NCBI GenBank assembly: GCA_964106915.2
Contig: OZ066921.1
Reading direction: 5' to 3' (one strand)
Origin: Podarcis gaigeae
Taxonomy: Eukaryota
Length of the DNA stretch: 64,000 bases
The position numbers were made by a program, and so were the translations under genes. Below are positions 50,981-63,097 of the stretch, one piece after another. The stretch's first letter is position 1. Every line of letters starts with the position of its first letter. A model generated the notes under the pieces. That model saw only the letters and a list, made by a program, of their open reading frames with translations, ran no database searches and was not told the origin of the DNA.

Positions 50981-53900
50981 CTGTCAATGGGAAAGAGAGA
51001 CTGGGATGAAGGAACGGAGGGGCTGCCATGACTGATCAACATCCACCAATACTAAATAATATTATTTAGATGCCCTGCTCTTCTGCATTTCTCAACAAGA
51101 ATACCGAACTGTTAAATTCAGAACATGCTCTTGAAGCAGCAGCTAAACAAAAGTAAAGAGCATGGTAGATAAACAAACAAAAAGGTTCTTGGAAAACAGA
51201 GAAGGCATGTGATCAGTTTGGCCCAATGGGAATATAAAACCCACACCACAACTAAAAAGGTCCAGCTTTCAGTGGATACCTGATTGCTACCCAATGCAGG
51301 GACACACAGCAGCAAGGCATACAGGCTTTACTGGCAGAAGCCAAATGAGATTTCCCCCTTCTGCACGCCCCCCCCCCCAGTAGATAAAGACAGTTGTGTG
51401 GGAGGGAGCCCAGATATTTCCAGCCTAAAAGCAACAAACTGGAACTGTTCAAGATTCTGTGGGGCAAGTGTGACCGAGCTAGCTGTGGGATTCAGGTGTG
51501 CAAGGAGGCTTAACTGGTACGGGGGAAGGTTCTGATAGGATTTGCAACATAGGAACGGAAGCAACAGGGATGCTACCCTACCTCTCTTCTCTGCTAATGT
51601 CCACCCCCACGGATGGCGGCGCAGCAAGGATGTCTGTGATCAGGGGCAGAAACCTCTGCAGGATCAACTTCAGAGAAGTGCAGCCTGTCTGGACGTAACT
51701 GACAAGAGAACAAGGAGAATCAGAATAGGACAAATGTTTTCACAACTAAACCTAAAATGCAAGTGGAGAAGCAGGTGAAGGAGGAAGGGCAGAGCCACAG
51801 TAAAATCAGTTGTCCTTCTAGTTTCTTTTCTTGTAAATCTGGATGCAGGAAGGCTTTTCTGCTGGGCACCCTGCATCTGCCCAGCAGGCTGCTGTTAAAA
51901 GCAACTGATATTCACATGACCTCTTTCTCACCCAGTTCCTTCTTCAAAATGCAACCACACTGCTGCAGGGATTTCTGAAGCACTTCCAAAAAAAACCCCA
52001 CCAGGGCTGAATTTGTGTGTGTACACGCACCCCTGGAGGGGGTGACACAATTGTATATAAGCATCAACACAAAGTGATGTACACATAGATGCTGCAACTA
52101 CTCAGGTTTTGAAGTGGTTTTAATATTGGGGCAGAGGAATCACTCCCTGAAAACCACAGCTTGGTGGTTAGTAAAGCAAAAGAGGAAAAAACTCAACATC
52201 CAACTTTCTTAGGAAACTCCTGCTTGAACTGCAAACTTCTCTTGTTGGATGGTGGGGCAGCCTGCTTTAGGATGGGCCCTTCTCAGTCCTTATTTCTGCT
52301 GGTGACATCCCCTCATGATTTAAAGCTTCAAACATGACACTAAATTTGGGCAGAGGGGGAACCCTGACCAATATAGAAGTGCACTGGGACCATGGCGACA
52401 GCAAAGTGGGCAATGGTCCCCTTCTGTTCAGCACCTGCAAAGTGAAGTTGTGATAAGCCCAAAGCTGGCAGGCCTGCTTCCCTGCTGGCCCACCTCCAGG
52501 CCTGCTCTCTGGGCAAGTCACAACCCCACTCCCTCCAAGAATAGTAAAAATGCACAAGACATGAACACACACAGGTGTGCAGCAGCTACTGCCACTTCAT
52601 CAGGACCATCATCAAATGCAAGTTGACAAAACTCTCAAAAGCTGCTGGCTACAGCTAGCCAATAAAGCACTTGATTGATCAGGCACTCTTACTCAAGGAC
52701 ATCCATTTGTCAGAAGACTCACCTTTCATATTTGCTTTGCAGAAGTTTCTCTATCTGAGGCAAGATGACTGTGCACAGATCCAGCTTCCAAAGAGACCTG
52801 GAAAGAGAATACAGGCTCCAGAGAGATACCCCAAGCCCTGCCCTGCAACAGCAAACCCCTCTGACCTGCAGAACACTCCAGAGACCTTAGCCAGAGAGCA
52901 GCTGCTGGTCTCGGGCTAGATGGACCTCATTCAGGACAAAGAAGCCTCCTTTGCTCACCCCAAGGCAGAAAGGAGCCAAAGGATGAGACAGCGGGTGACT
53001 CTCAGCCCAGTGAGTCCTCATGAGGGATCTGAGTTATGCCATGGCTCCAAGCTCAGCACAGGGCTAGCAGGTGTAAGCACCAGGTGGCACCACCAAGTTC
53101 CACAAGTTTTCATGGGGCAGGACATGGGGGCTGCCAAGAAATAAGGCCTGGGATCCTGTGGGTAACTGTTGGCCACAGCCTCCACTCAAGAGGTGAAGAG
53201 GCACTTGTAGGTTACCCAAGAAGGGAAGAGGATCCTGAGCCACATGACAGAAAGCATTCCCTTCAGGCAGGAAAGCAAACTGGAACTCACGCCTTCTGGT
53301 TGACGATGTTTAGGAGGTCCACCATAACGGAGAGGTCGTTGATGGCCACTGCGGAGTCCACAGATGTCTGAGAAAAAGCAAGAGAGGCAAATCAGGATGA
53401 GGGCAAGTCTCCTAGAGATAGACATCATGAAGGCAAGCCAAGTGGTGGTAAAGAAGAACGTCTTCCAAGGCTTTCAGCTACATCTGTACACAGCCTTTGG
53501 CAGAGGGGATCAGCCATGCAGGTTTCAGCCCTTCCATCGGACAAAAGAGTCTCTTTATACACAGCAGGCTATATTTTGTCAAGCAAATAGGAACAGGGTC
53601 ACCTGCCATGATGATGCTCTCTTAGACAGGAAGAATTCAACCCAGGGAAGATCCTGCCTCAGGGGCTGTAAGAGCCATTTCTCATCCCAAAGCTCATCTC
53701 CAGGCTAAGACAAGCACTGGCTGAGAAGCTGCCAGAACACACCAAGGCCCCCCAGGGGGCAGCCAGCAGACCTCTTGAGAGGGGGCATGGGAAGGTGAGA
53801 TGCTGCTGATTACACCATAATAACCAACTTGTGGAATGTATTCCTACTGCAGATTCCTCACCCCCACCCTGAATTTCAAATATTTTGGCCAGAAGAAAGG

Positions 53901-56900
53901 GATGTGTTGGCTGCCTAAGGTCAGCAGGAAGAACAGGAGCCTTCTTAAAAGGCACAGGGCTTGCTCCCAAAGCAGCCCCTCTCCCTAACTGGAGCAAAAG
54001 ATGCTCATTCATCATCTGCATCTCCCTTGGTCAACTGATAACAATCAAACTTCAAGCTTTTGTATCCAAGCTGACAGTGGTGGGAGGTTTGAGATCTGGA
54101 CCTACTAAGCCCAAAGCCCCTGGAACTGTACTGCTTAACAAAGGCAACGAAAAGGCCACTTGCCTTGATGTCTCCAGTGCTCCACACGGCCCTCACGGTG
54201 TCCAAGTTCTTGTGGCGGCTGGTAAGCACCACGCACATGGTCTCGTGTCCCTTCCGGATTTGGGACATGGCCTCTTCATCCACAATCTCCGCCAGGTTTT
54301 GGTTGTTCACAGCCTGCAAGGACAGAAAGGAAAGGGAACTTGGCATTGATGGTCTAATTTGTAATGTATTACACACACAAACACATAAATTATACCTTTT
54401 TGTATAGTTTATTACAGTTTTACTTAACACAACTAGAGGCAGAAACATTACTGTTTAAAGAATAGAACATATTAGGTCTATCACTACAATTGGAAAGATG
54501 GGGATGCTGGGCTGTGAATTCTTTTCTACCGTCTCCTTGATAAGACTACCTTTGATTTGTTCAGAATGGCTGGCTGGCTCTACTTTTTGTCTTGATTCAA
54601 TCATACTATTTACTACCCAACCAAATCACTAGCCATACAATTAAATTATTTGTACCCTAGCTGAGAAATATCTAAAGTGCTTAGCCAGGGAGGGGATCTA
54701 CCACCATCCATGCTCTTGCTAAAGGCTAGTTTCTGATGTCCTTTCATCTAAACATTATCCCTTCTTTTGTGGACCAGTTTACCTGCGGGATTGCCTTACC
54801 CCATCTGTGACCTTTTGACCACTTTGATCTGTGGAACTGGCACTGTTACAAGGGTCACAATACAAAATTGCTACTTTAATGCAGCAGCACCCACACTTTG
54901 GAACTCCCTGCCTATTGACATAAAGCAGGCACCTTTACTGTCCCCTTTTTGACACCTGCTAAAAACTTCTGAAGCAGCCAAAGAGCAGGGTGCACAGGAC
55001 AGGCAAATCACTAGACTTTCCTCCCTGCCCAGGTGACAGCCACTTGTCGTTCCCAATCCCTCTTCTACAGGGAAGAAACTTACCGGCAAAAAGTCAGAGG
55101 CCTTCAGCCCGATAGGCTCATTCCTGGCTGCAGGGATCACAGATGGCTCAATCTTGGTCTTCGGGGTCGAGGATGCTATTGGCGACCTCTGAATAGGGTC
55201 AGGCTGCTGTGGGAAGTGGAGATGGAGTTAAGGTGCAAGATAGGATCTGCTCAGGAAATCCCTGGGTCTCCTCTTGCCCCCCACCCCACCTCCATCACAT
55301 TTGGCTGTAAGAAAGAAGCTTGCAGGGAATTCCAACCACCAGAACCAAGATCTGCTGGGGAAGGCCTTTCAAAACCACTTGGAGGTTTTGGCAATTAAGT
55401 GGTGTGTATTTTATATATATATATATATGTGTGAGATAGTAATTTTAAAAATCCCCCACTGAACCCAGCCTTTCCCAATCTGGAGCCCTCCAGATGATTT
55501 GGACTACAACTCCTTTACAAATAATGGGAGTCGTAGTCCAACACACCTGGAGGTTGGCAATGGCTGGTCTGGACTTGCTTAGAACACAGTGACAGGCCAC
55601 TGCCTCTTTTTCATGCTGCTAGAGCAGGGTTTCCCAAACTTGGGCCTCCAGCTGTTTTTGGACTACATTTCCCATCATCCCCGACCACTGGTCCTGCAGG
55701 CTAGGGACAATGGGAGTTGTAATCCCAAAAGAGCTGGAGACCCAAGGCTGGGAAATCCTGGGATAGAGGCACCATCATTTCTGGAGCCAGGGTGGGGGGG
55801 AAGCAGGAATAGGAGAGGGCACACCAATGGATGCAAGGCACTTACATTCTCTTGGCTTGGCAACGGAGTCGGAATATCTGCCACTTGACTGAGCCTTGAG
55901 GCTTCTTTGGCAACCATGGGCTCTGGAGGGAAGAAAAACTATGTTTTCTTACTATCAAGACTGCACAAATAGTGGCAGCAGGCGAGAGCTCTGCCCTAGA
56001 AGTCAAAGAGCCCAGGGCTCTATGGCCCTGGGCTCAAAGGTTCCTGCCACTCCCACCCAAGACAGTCCATGGCTCTTTTGCCCCAAGGGCCGACACGCTG
56101 CTCTTTGGAGGCAAAGCTGAAGAATCCGAACTCGAGAAAAAGATAACTCATAACTTCCCCCAGCAACATAGACATTGTAAATGTCCATGTGAAGCCAGCA
56201 ATACAGTAGATGTATGGAGATGTCTGGTTCTTTCTCAATACTTGAAAAAGAAATTCCAACTCACCATCCTCTGGAGGTGCAGGAAAAGGTTCACTCTTGT
56301 TGGGTGGAGTTCGAGCTGAAAAAGACAAAAAATAAAGCGCCTAACCTTGCACTCTATTTAAGTTACACAAGAAATTAGATGATCCTGTGGTGTCACCTTC
56401 ATGAGTCTACAGATTATTTCTACTATGGCAGTAACAATTCTGCATTACAGGTAAAGGGATTAATAAATATTTCTCCCTCTGAGGAAGAAGTGGGTATAGT
56501 TATGCCTCTTCACTCCTTCCCACATTTCTTTTCAAGAGACAGGAACAGCCATTCCATGTGCTAAAAATGCATCCTGGGAATATTGGGTAGAATTCAGACT
56601 AAGCTAGTTGTACTTAGGTTCCACTGAAATCAATGGGACAAGTTAATAATGACTTCAATGTGACTTATGTTCAGCTAGTTAAGTATGACTCCAAATCACA
56701 GTGTTTTGGTGTGGGGCTTTTTTGCTGGTGGGGGTGGGGGCAGTGTTAGTTATATACTCAGATGTAAATTCTCACTGTGTACTGCCCTCAGATGTATTTG
56801 TACAAAGGATGGTGTGCAAATACTTTAACAAACACATGTTGCAAACTTAGATGCTAGAACTCTACCTCTAAATGACTGACCATGCCAGAACACAATATTC

Positions 56901-59900
56901 AGTAGCAAGTTGTGAACCTAAGATTGCCTCTTGAAAGTCTTTGGAGGCAACGATAAATTAAAACAACTGTGGGAGAGTCACATGCTTGTTCACAACTGCC
57001 ACGCAAAGATCGAATATTACAAAATGGGGAAAACAGCGCAAGACACCTTGGTTTGCTTTGTGGCATCATACAGATTACTTCAGCAGCACTCACTTATGGG
57101 ATTCTTTGGCTGGAAGATCTCATTGTAGTCTTCTGTGTTCTGGATCTCCGCTGTGGATTCCTTATCTTCCCTGTCGTCCTCACTGCTTGGACTGCGCCTC
57201 TCGCTCTCTGAGTTGTGTTTCATTCTGTCATTAAACCACAGATATAAGAATACAGAACAGCCCTGAAGCCAATGGGGGCTAATAATAATAATAATCAAAA
57301 CAAAAAATTCCTTCCAGTAGCACCTTCAAGGTGCTACTGGAAGGAATTTTTTGTTTTGACTATGGCAGACCAACACGGCTACCTATCTGTAACTAATAAT
57401 AATAATAATAATAATACCCCGCCCATCTGGCTGGGTTTCCCCAGCCATTCTGGGAGGCTTCTAGTACATATAAAAATGTCAAACATTAAAAACCAGCCAG
57501 TACAAAGCTGCTTTCATTCAGGTGTTTTCTAAAAGAAGAAGAGTTTGGATTTGATATCCCGCTTTATCACTACCCGAAGGAGTCTCAAAGCGGCTAACGT
57601 TCTCCTTTCTCTTCCTCCCCTGCACAAAGTTATGTAGTTCTTTATCTCCTTGACATCTGATGGGAGGGCATTCCACAGGGTGGATGCCACCACCAAGAAG
57701 GCCCTCTGCCTGGTTCCCTGTAACCTCACTTCTCACAGTGAGGGAACTGCCAGAAGACCCTCAGAGGAGAACCTCAGTGTCCAGGCTGAACAATGGAGGT
57801 GGAGATGCTCCTTCAGCTATATCTGAAGCCCAGCGTCCTATTTTCCCCTGAATGGCCAACTGGATGTCCACAACAAGTACCCGAGAGCAAGAGCAGCCCT
57901 CTCCCCTCTTAGGATTCCCAGCAACAGGTATTCAGAGGCATTCTGCCACCAACAACATTGCCCCCGTGGCTAGTAGCCATTGATGGCTTTATTTTTCACG
58001 AATTTGGCTAATCCTCTTTTAAAGCTATGCACACAAAAATAGGCAAACAAGTTTTTCTTAGAAACCCCCCCCCCCCCGAACCAATGGAGGGGACCACACA
58101 GAAACCACTGAGAACATCCCTTTGCTTTCAGTTTCCATCTCTAAATCCTTTGGCATACACAGGCTGCCACCTCCCGCCCTCTAGGAAGAGTCTTCCTTCC
58201 TTGCCTTTGGGGTTTGCTGCATGTCGTCGTTGGCCTGTCATAGATGCGTCGAAGGGAAGAGCCCGCAGGCAAGGGCTGAGTGAGAGGCTTGTCATCCCGA
58301 ATCAGTCCACGGGTGCCAGGCCCACATTTTGTGACTCGGCTGAGGTCCACCACAAAGGAAGAGACTGTGCTTTGTGTGAAAGAAACACCAATCTGTGAAC
58401 AACAGAAACGAAGTCATGTTCTGTGCAAGTCAACTTTACATCAGGTTTGCAGCCAAAGTGCTCTGGGAAGTCAACAAGAATCCACCTTGGCAACCATGTG
58501 AGGGGAACGGGAAGCAAACTCAAAATGAAAACTACCAGGAGACATGAGGAGGAGATGACTCAGGGTCCATTTGCAAGAGTCAGGGGCCAAGTGTGCACTA
58601 GGAATGGCCCTGCCATGCTACTGCCAGTGTCAGAAGCACAACTTGTGGCATGTCCACTTGTTGCACCCACTAGCAGAGAAGGAAACCCAAGTCCCTTTTT
58701 GCCCCTTCAGTCACTCACCAGTTGATTGTTACAGATAGACAAATCAGCCACCTTGCCCCAATTCACCAAGACCACATCAAAACAGCGCTCAGGCTCCCAG
58801 CCATACACTCTCAAGGTATCATGGCAGCCAGCATACAAGCAGCAGCCATCGGGGTTAAACAGCACACACCTGAAGGGGAGAGGGGAAAAGTGAATGTGCA
58901 GGTCATCCAGACACTGGTGCAAAACAAGGTGTGCCACTGACATTCTATGTCAGGAGATGGTCACAATCTCTGCTAGCCTTTAACTGCATGCTTTCCTCGC
59001 TTCAGCCGCTTGGCCAAACCAGAGCTTGGAACTGAAAGAGCATTAAGAGTTTGGGATCCCCATAGCAAAGTCACACAAAGCAAGAACATGCCCTCATGCC
59101 TCTTGACACAAATCACTGCCCAAGTCTGGTGTACCTGACAGGAGTGGCCTCCTCTTCAATGCAGCTCACCACCTGGAACTTCTCCAAGTCCCAGAATCTG
59201 ACTGTTCTGCAAGACAGGAAAAAAAAACCCTATGTGATCTCCTAGGCCCAAGGCAAGGAGGAGTTAATCCAACACTTCATTATTCATTGGTCTTTGTTTC
59301 TAGCAACAGTCTGTGGTCCTAATAAAAATAAGGATGGAGCACAAAAAACAAACAGGTGCAGATGAGTGTCTGGGATTCCAGGCAAGGAACAGAGCACTCA
59401 GTTACTCACAAGCTTGCTCTAGCCATGACCAGCCAATAGATCTGTGATAATGATGGCAAGCTCATCAGAAACTCCTGTCGTTCTTAAAATCACATGGTGG
59501 GACCTAAGAGCAAAGGTGTCCAGAGGCTAGGGCACTTTGGGATTTAAAAGGAAAACACAGCACGCTGAAGTGCCCAGAAACCAATTGGTAACCAGGGCAG
59601 CTCTGTAACAACCACTCTCTAAGGTCAGTCCCAGCTGCTGTGTTCTAAACCAAATAGAACCAAGTTTGTGAGCTATGTAAAACACTTTCCTGTAATGATA
59701 GAGACCAAATCTTTTATCTTACACAAGATGGTGCAGCAAATATATCTGGTGCAGCTGGGAAAAGGCACAGCAGTAATGCTGGGTCAAATATCACCCCTGA
59801 GCAGCAAACCTGTTCCTTCAGAAGGGGGGTAAGACCATTCAGACAGATTTTACACTTACTCTCAACTCAACAGGCCCACTGTTCATCTACACCATGGGTA

Positions 59901-62900
59901 GGCAAACTAAGGCCCGGGGGCTGGATCCTGTCCAATCGCCTTCTAAATCTGGCCCGCGGATGGTCCAGGAATCAGCGTGTTTTTACATGAGTAAAATTAT
60001 TTAAAATTATTTAAAATGCATCTCTGGGTTATTTGTGGGGCATAGGAATGCGTTCATCCCTCCCCCCATATAGTCCGGCCCCCCACAAGGCCTGAAGGAC
60101 AGTGGACGGCCCCCTGCTGAAAAAGTTTGCTGACCCCTGATCTACACCTCCTCTGAACCTGCTTCAGTTCATCCAGCCCATTTATCCAGCATCATTTCAG
60201 AGACTCTATACTCTCACCAAGGTTCAAGGAAGAAGAGAAAAGATTTGAGAGCCATCGGCATATACCAAACTCCAAAATCTAGCATGATGACATCTACCAA
60301 AAGATTCAGGTAGGTATGACCTTGTTCTAGGTTCCAGAAGAGGATAATGAAGAGGCCAGAAGGGCCTCCCTAAACAGGAAATTCAAAAGGTAAGCTGTTT
60401 CAATCATCACCAACAATTATTCCAATTCCACAAATGAAAATGTAAGTATCTGCAGCAAATAATTGCAAGTTGCAGATGAGCCACATTACATGCTATTGTC
60501 CCCCACTTATTTCCCAACAAGAATTTACCTGTCAGAGCTACCAGAGGCCAACAGGTATTCATTGGGATGGAATTCTACAACGTTGACTGGCCCCGTGTGT
60601 CCTGTGAATTCGAACATGATCTTCCCAGCAGCCAGGTCCCACAACTAGATAGAGAAAGAACCTTAAAGTCTTGAGGTTGCCCAACCCCATTCCTGATAGT
60701 TTGGCACAAAAGAGCACCTCTTGGTGTGGCAAGCAGTCAAAACTGCCACAAGAAGGAAGGTGAGTGCCAAAGGGGTCTAGCAAAATCAGGCCAGTACCTT
60801 CACTGTGTGATCGTCTGCAGACGACGCCAGCCATTTGCCATCAGGGCTGAATCGGAGACAGCGGACTGCTTGAGTATGGCCCTGTAAAGGCAAAACAGAC
60901 CCAGTTCATTCCTAGCAGAGCTTGGCACTCCCAGGATGAAATAATGGGTCACACACAGGAAACATCAAGGCTGAGCATGTCTCACAACAACTGTCTTGTT
61001 GTGAAATTACTATATTGCAAGAGAAAAAATACAATCCCTTAGACTGCCTTTGCCAACATGGCACCCTCCAGATGTGTTGGACTGCAACTCCCATCAGCCC
61101 CAGCCAGCATGCAAAACATCTGGAGGGCACCAGGTTGGTGAAAGCTACATTTAGACATAGCCAAGATACAGCTTCAAACATTGTAAATATCACTTTCTAG
61201 TAAGGAAGGAAAATGAGATTGGATAGGGAAGAGCTTAATGATTTGCCAAGTACTTGGGCTCCTTTAGGAGGAAGGGGAGCCTTTCTCAATAGCTGTGAGG
61301 GGCAGCTGGCATGTTAGAGACCAGCTGAGGGCTCCATCAACAGTGGAAAGAAACCATGAATTTTGGAAGATAGGAGTTGAGCACAGAAAAAGGGTTGCCC
61401 TGGAAACGAGTCAGCTAAAAAAACAGGAGGAGAAGAGGTTGTACTTTGGGAAGAGGTGCAGGGGGTGCTATAGTTCAGTGAGCGAGTGCATGCTTTTTAA
61501 CTGGAGCACCCTATTTTAAAAAATAATGCAAGGTGGCTGTGAAGGTCAGTACCAAAGTACAAAAGGGATGAGAAGATATTAACTTGCAAGATTAATGACA
61601 TCAAGCCTCTCTGGGCACCTTCAAGAAGCAGTACCCAATGGACCCCTCTCCCCACTGGCCCTTCCTTTGGTTGGGTGGGGCCTGAGGGCTGGCAGTGTAG
61701 ACCCTGTTTATGTAATAGACGCTGGGAATTTTGTAAACTGCCCAGAACCTGTGGGTGGGATTGCCTCAATGAGCTCTCCAAACTGAAATACTGTAGCAAC
61801 TGGACATGGAAGAACTCCCAGAGGCAGGAGGAGATTTGAGGGGTGCCCTGCAGACAAAATAATATGCTTTCCTTCTTACCTTGTACCTGAAGACGCAGCC
61901 CTTCCTTCTCACGTCCCAAAGCTGCATGAAGGAAATGGACAAAAGCTTTACAATGGCAACTTGGAAGTGTCTTGAAGATCTTCCAAAGCACCGGTCTCCA
62001 ATTAAAAAAGTCCTGGGGTTGAGGGACATTTTCTAAGAGTATGCAACTATTTAAATTTCAAAAACAGGATGTCAGCTGAAGTGCAGAACACACACAAATG
62101 AGGTCTTGGGTGCACGATCAGTTCATAGTTAAAGGGCTGGGAAGAGCTCTGCCCACGCCACTGGAAAGCGGCTTCTGGTCCATGAGAATATTGCTGGGCT
62201 GCATGAACAACTCCTCAGACTTAATACAAAACAGCTCCTTGCATCCACTGATATGCAGCGCTTTGGGGATCCTGCTGTTCTGAAATACACATGCAGGGAG
62301 TGAGGGAGACTCAAAAGTCTTACCTTAATGTTGGTGTCCATGGATCCTGAAGCTACAAAGCCTCCAAAAGGATGAAAGTCTAGGCTGCAGATATTCGCTT
62401 TGTGGCCCATTAATGTACGGAGAACTGGATGGGAAAGGGAGGGCAGGGAATTGAGATGCAAGCATGGTGTAAGAAGATGCAGGATTGATACAGTTTTTCA
62501 GTTCAGATCAGATTTGCTATTTCAATGGTTCAGTAAAATTCTTTTTAAAAAAAATAATCTGGTTTAGAATGAAATCAGAAAATCATACAAATGTTTTAAT
62601 GTTTCCCTGTACAGTCTCTTAAAATAGAAATCACACGCATCTACCAAGCACATCAAATTAAAACCTGCTTTTCTATGAAAGTAGTGGAGGAAAGATTGTT
62701 GACTGCTGAGGTTAAGCACTGTAAACATAATACAAATGGATAAATATTATTGGGGAAAATTATAAAGATCTGAGCGCAAACAAAACAGCTCTTCTTATTC
62801 ATAGGGTTGGCATCTGAACAGTACCAACACCTCCCCCACCTAGATGGAGGAAGAGGTGCCCCTGCAGTTTTCAAATTGTCCTTCCTTGTGTGCTTTCGCT

Positions 62901-63097
62901 CTCTCTTTCTTTGCTCTTTGCAAAGTAAGGGGCTGCTGGGCAACCTAAAAAGTGGTAGAAGAATTGGCTCTGAACCTACTTTTGGCAGCTTCCAGATCCC
63001 AGATCCGAATGGAGCCTGACTGGGACCCCGCAACAATCAGCTCTTCATTTGTATTAATCTTCACACTCTCCACGGGTGTGGTGTGACCCGTTAGACT
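50848..63097 (-). CDS. KATNB1: Katanin p80 WD40 repeat-containing subunit B1 (first exons lie beyond the window end)
   Basis: Exons (5'->3') 63097-62980, 62424-62324, 61921-61880, 60881-60798, 60644-60529, 59206-59135, 58869-58719, 58392-58205, 57224-57094, 56315-56265, 55922-55846, 55206-55084, 54313-54164, 53367-53291, 52797-52723, 51698-51582 and 50980-50848, total 1806 nt in frame. Contains WD40 repeats (GH...WD) and the katanin con80 C-terminal domain ending [11 protein letters not shown]. Confidence 0.97.
51582..51698 (-). CDS. KATNB1: KATNB1 exon ([10 protein letters not shown]...SREE)
   Basis: GT-AG boundaries, 117 nt. Confidence 0.93.
52723..52797 (-). CDS. KATNB1: KATNB1 exon (SLWKLDLC...SKYE)
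   Basis: GT-AG boundaries, 75 nt. Confidence 0.93.
53291..53367 (-). CDS. KATNB1: KATNB1 exon ([11 protein letters not shown]...NQK)
   Basis: cag| acceptor, |gtgagt donor, 77 nt. Confidence 0.93.
54164..54313 (-). CDS. KATNB1: KATNB1 exon (AVNNQN...TGDIK), GC donor
   Basis: 150 nt; donor AAG|GCAAGT. Confidence 0.9.
55084..55206 (-). CDS. KATNB1: KATNB1 exon (QPDPIQR...KASDFLP)
   Basis: CAGCAG tandem acceptor, |gtaagt donor, 123 nt. Confidence 0.88.
55625..55760. mobile_element. hAT-type MITE (related fragments at ~55466-55570, ~61040-61146 and ~9310-9355)
   Basis: CAGGGTTTCCCA...TGGGAAATCCTG termini with internal ctacaactcccat/atgggagttgtag-type palindrome. Confidence 0.7.
55846..55922 (-). 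CDS. KATNB1: KATNB1 exon (PMVAKEAS...SQEN)
   Basis: GT-AG boundaries, 77 nt, phase consistent. Confidence 0.85.
56265..56315 (-). CDS. KATNB1: KATNB1 exon ([16 protein letters not shown])
   Basis: GT-AG boundaries, 51 nt. Confidence 0.92.
57094..57224 (-). CDS. KATNB1: KATNB1 exon ([17 protein letters not shown]...PKNPI)
   Basis: cag| acceptor, |gtgagt donor, 131 nt. Confidence 0.93.
57295..57393. mobile_element. Short Penelope-like retroelement remnant with an inverted (palindromic) 5' end
   Basis: Perfect 32-bp inverted repeat (57295-57359) followed by ctatggcagaccaacacggctacc, flanked on both sides by (TAA)n; family assignment from memory of squamate Penelope termini. Confidence 0.6.
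57394..57825 (-). mobile_element. L2-like LINE 3' fragment interrupted by a Squam3-like SINE tail (57535-57620)
   Basis: (TAA)n tail, then accccgcccatctggctggg..., then gggagggcattccacaggg..gccaccaccaagaaggccct; the SINE segment matches 7395-7485. Confidence 0.7.
58205..58392 (-). CDS. KATNB1: KATNB1 exon (IGVSFTQ...CSKPQ), GC donor
   Basis: 188 nt; donor AG|GCAAGG. Confidence 0.88.
58719..58869 (-). CDS. KATNB1: KATNB1 exon ([10 protein letters not shown]...NNQL)
   Basis: GT-AG boundaries, 151 nt. Confidence 0.93.
59135..59206 (-). CDS. KATNB1: KATNB1 exon ([10 protein letters not shown]...TPV)
   Basis: GT-AG boundaries, 72 nt. Confidence 0.92.
59893..60139. mobile_element. hAT (Charlie-like) non-autonomous transposon
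   Basis: Termini CATGGGTAGGCAAACT...AGTTTGCTGACCCCTG; perfect 8-bp TSD ATCTACAC (59885-92 and 60140-47). Confidence 0.85.
60529..60644 (-). CDS. KATNB1: KATNB1 exon (LWDLAAGK...SGSSD)
   Basis: GT-AG boundaries, 116 nt. Confidence 0.93.
60798..60881 (-). CDS. KATNB1: KATNB1 exon (GHTQAVRC...DHTVK)
   Basis: GT-AG boundaries, 84 nt. Confidence 0.93.
61880..61921 (-). CDS. KATNB1: KATNB1 exon ([14 protein letters not shown])
   Basis: GT-AG boundaries, 42 nt. Confidence 0.93.
62324..62424 (-). CDS. KATNB1: KATNB1 exon ([10 protein letters not shown]...DTNIK)
   Basis: GT-AG boundaries, 101 nt. Confidence 0.93.
62980..63097 (-). CDS. KATNB1: KATNB1 exon ([11 protein letters not shown]...LEAAK)
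   Basis: GT-AG boundaries, 118 nt. Confidence 0.93.
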
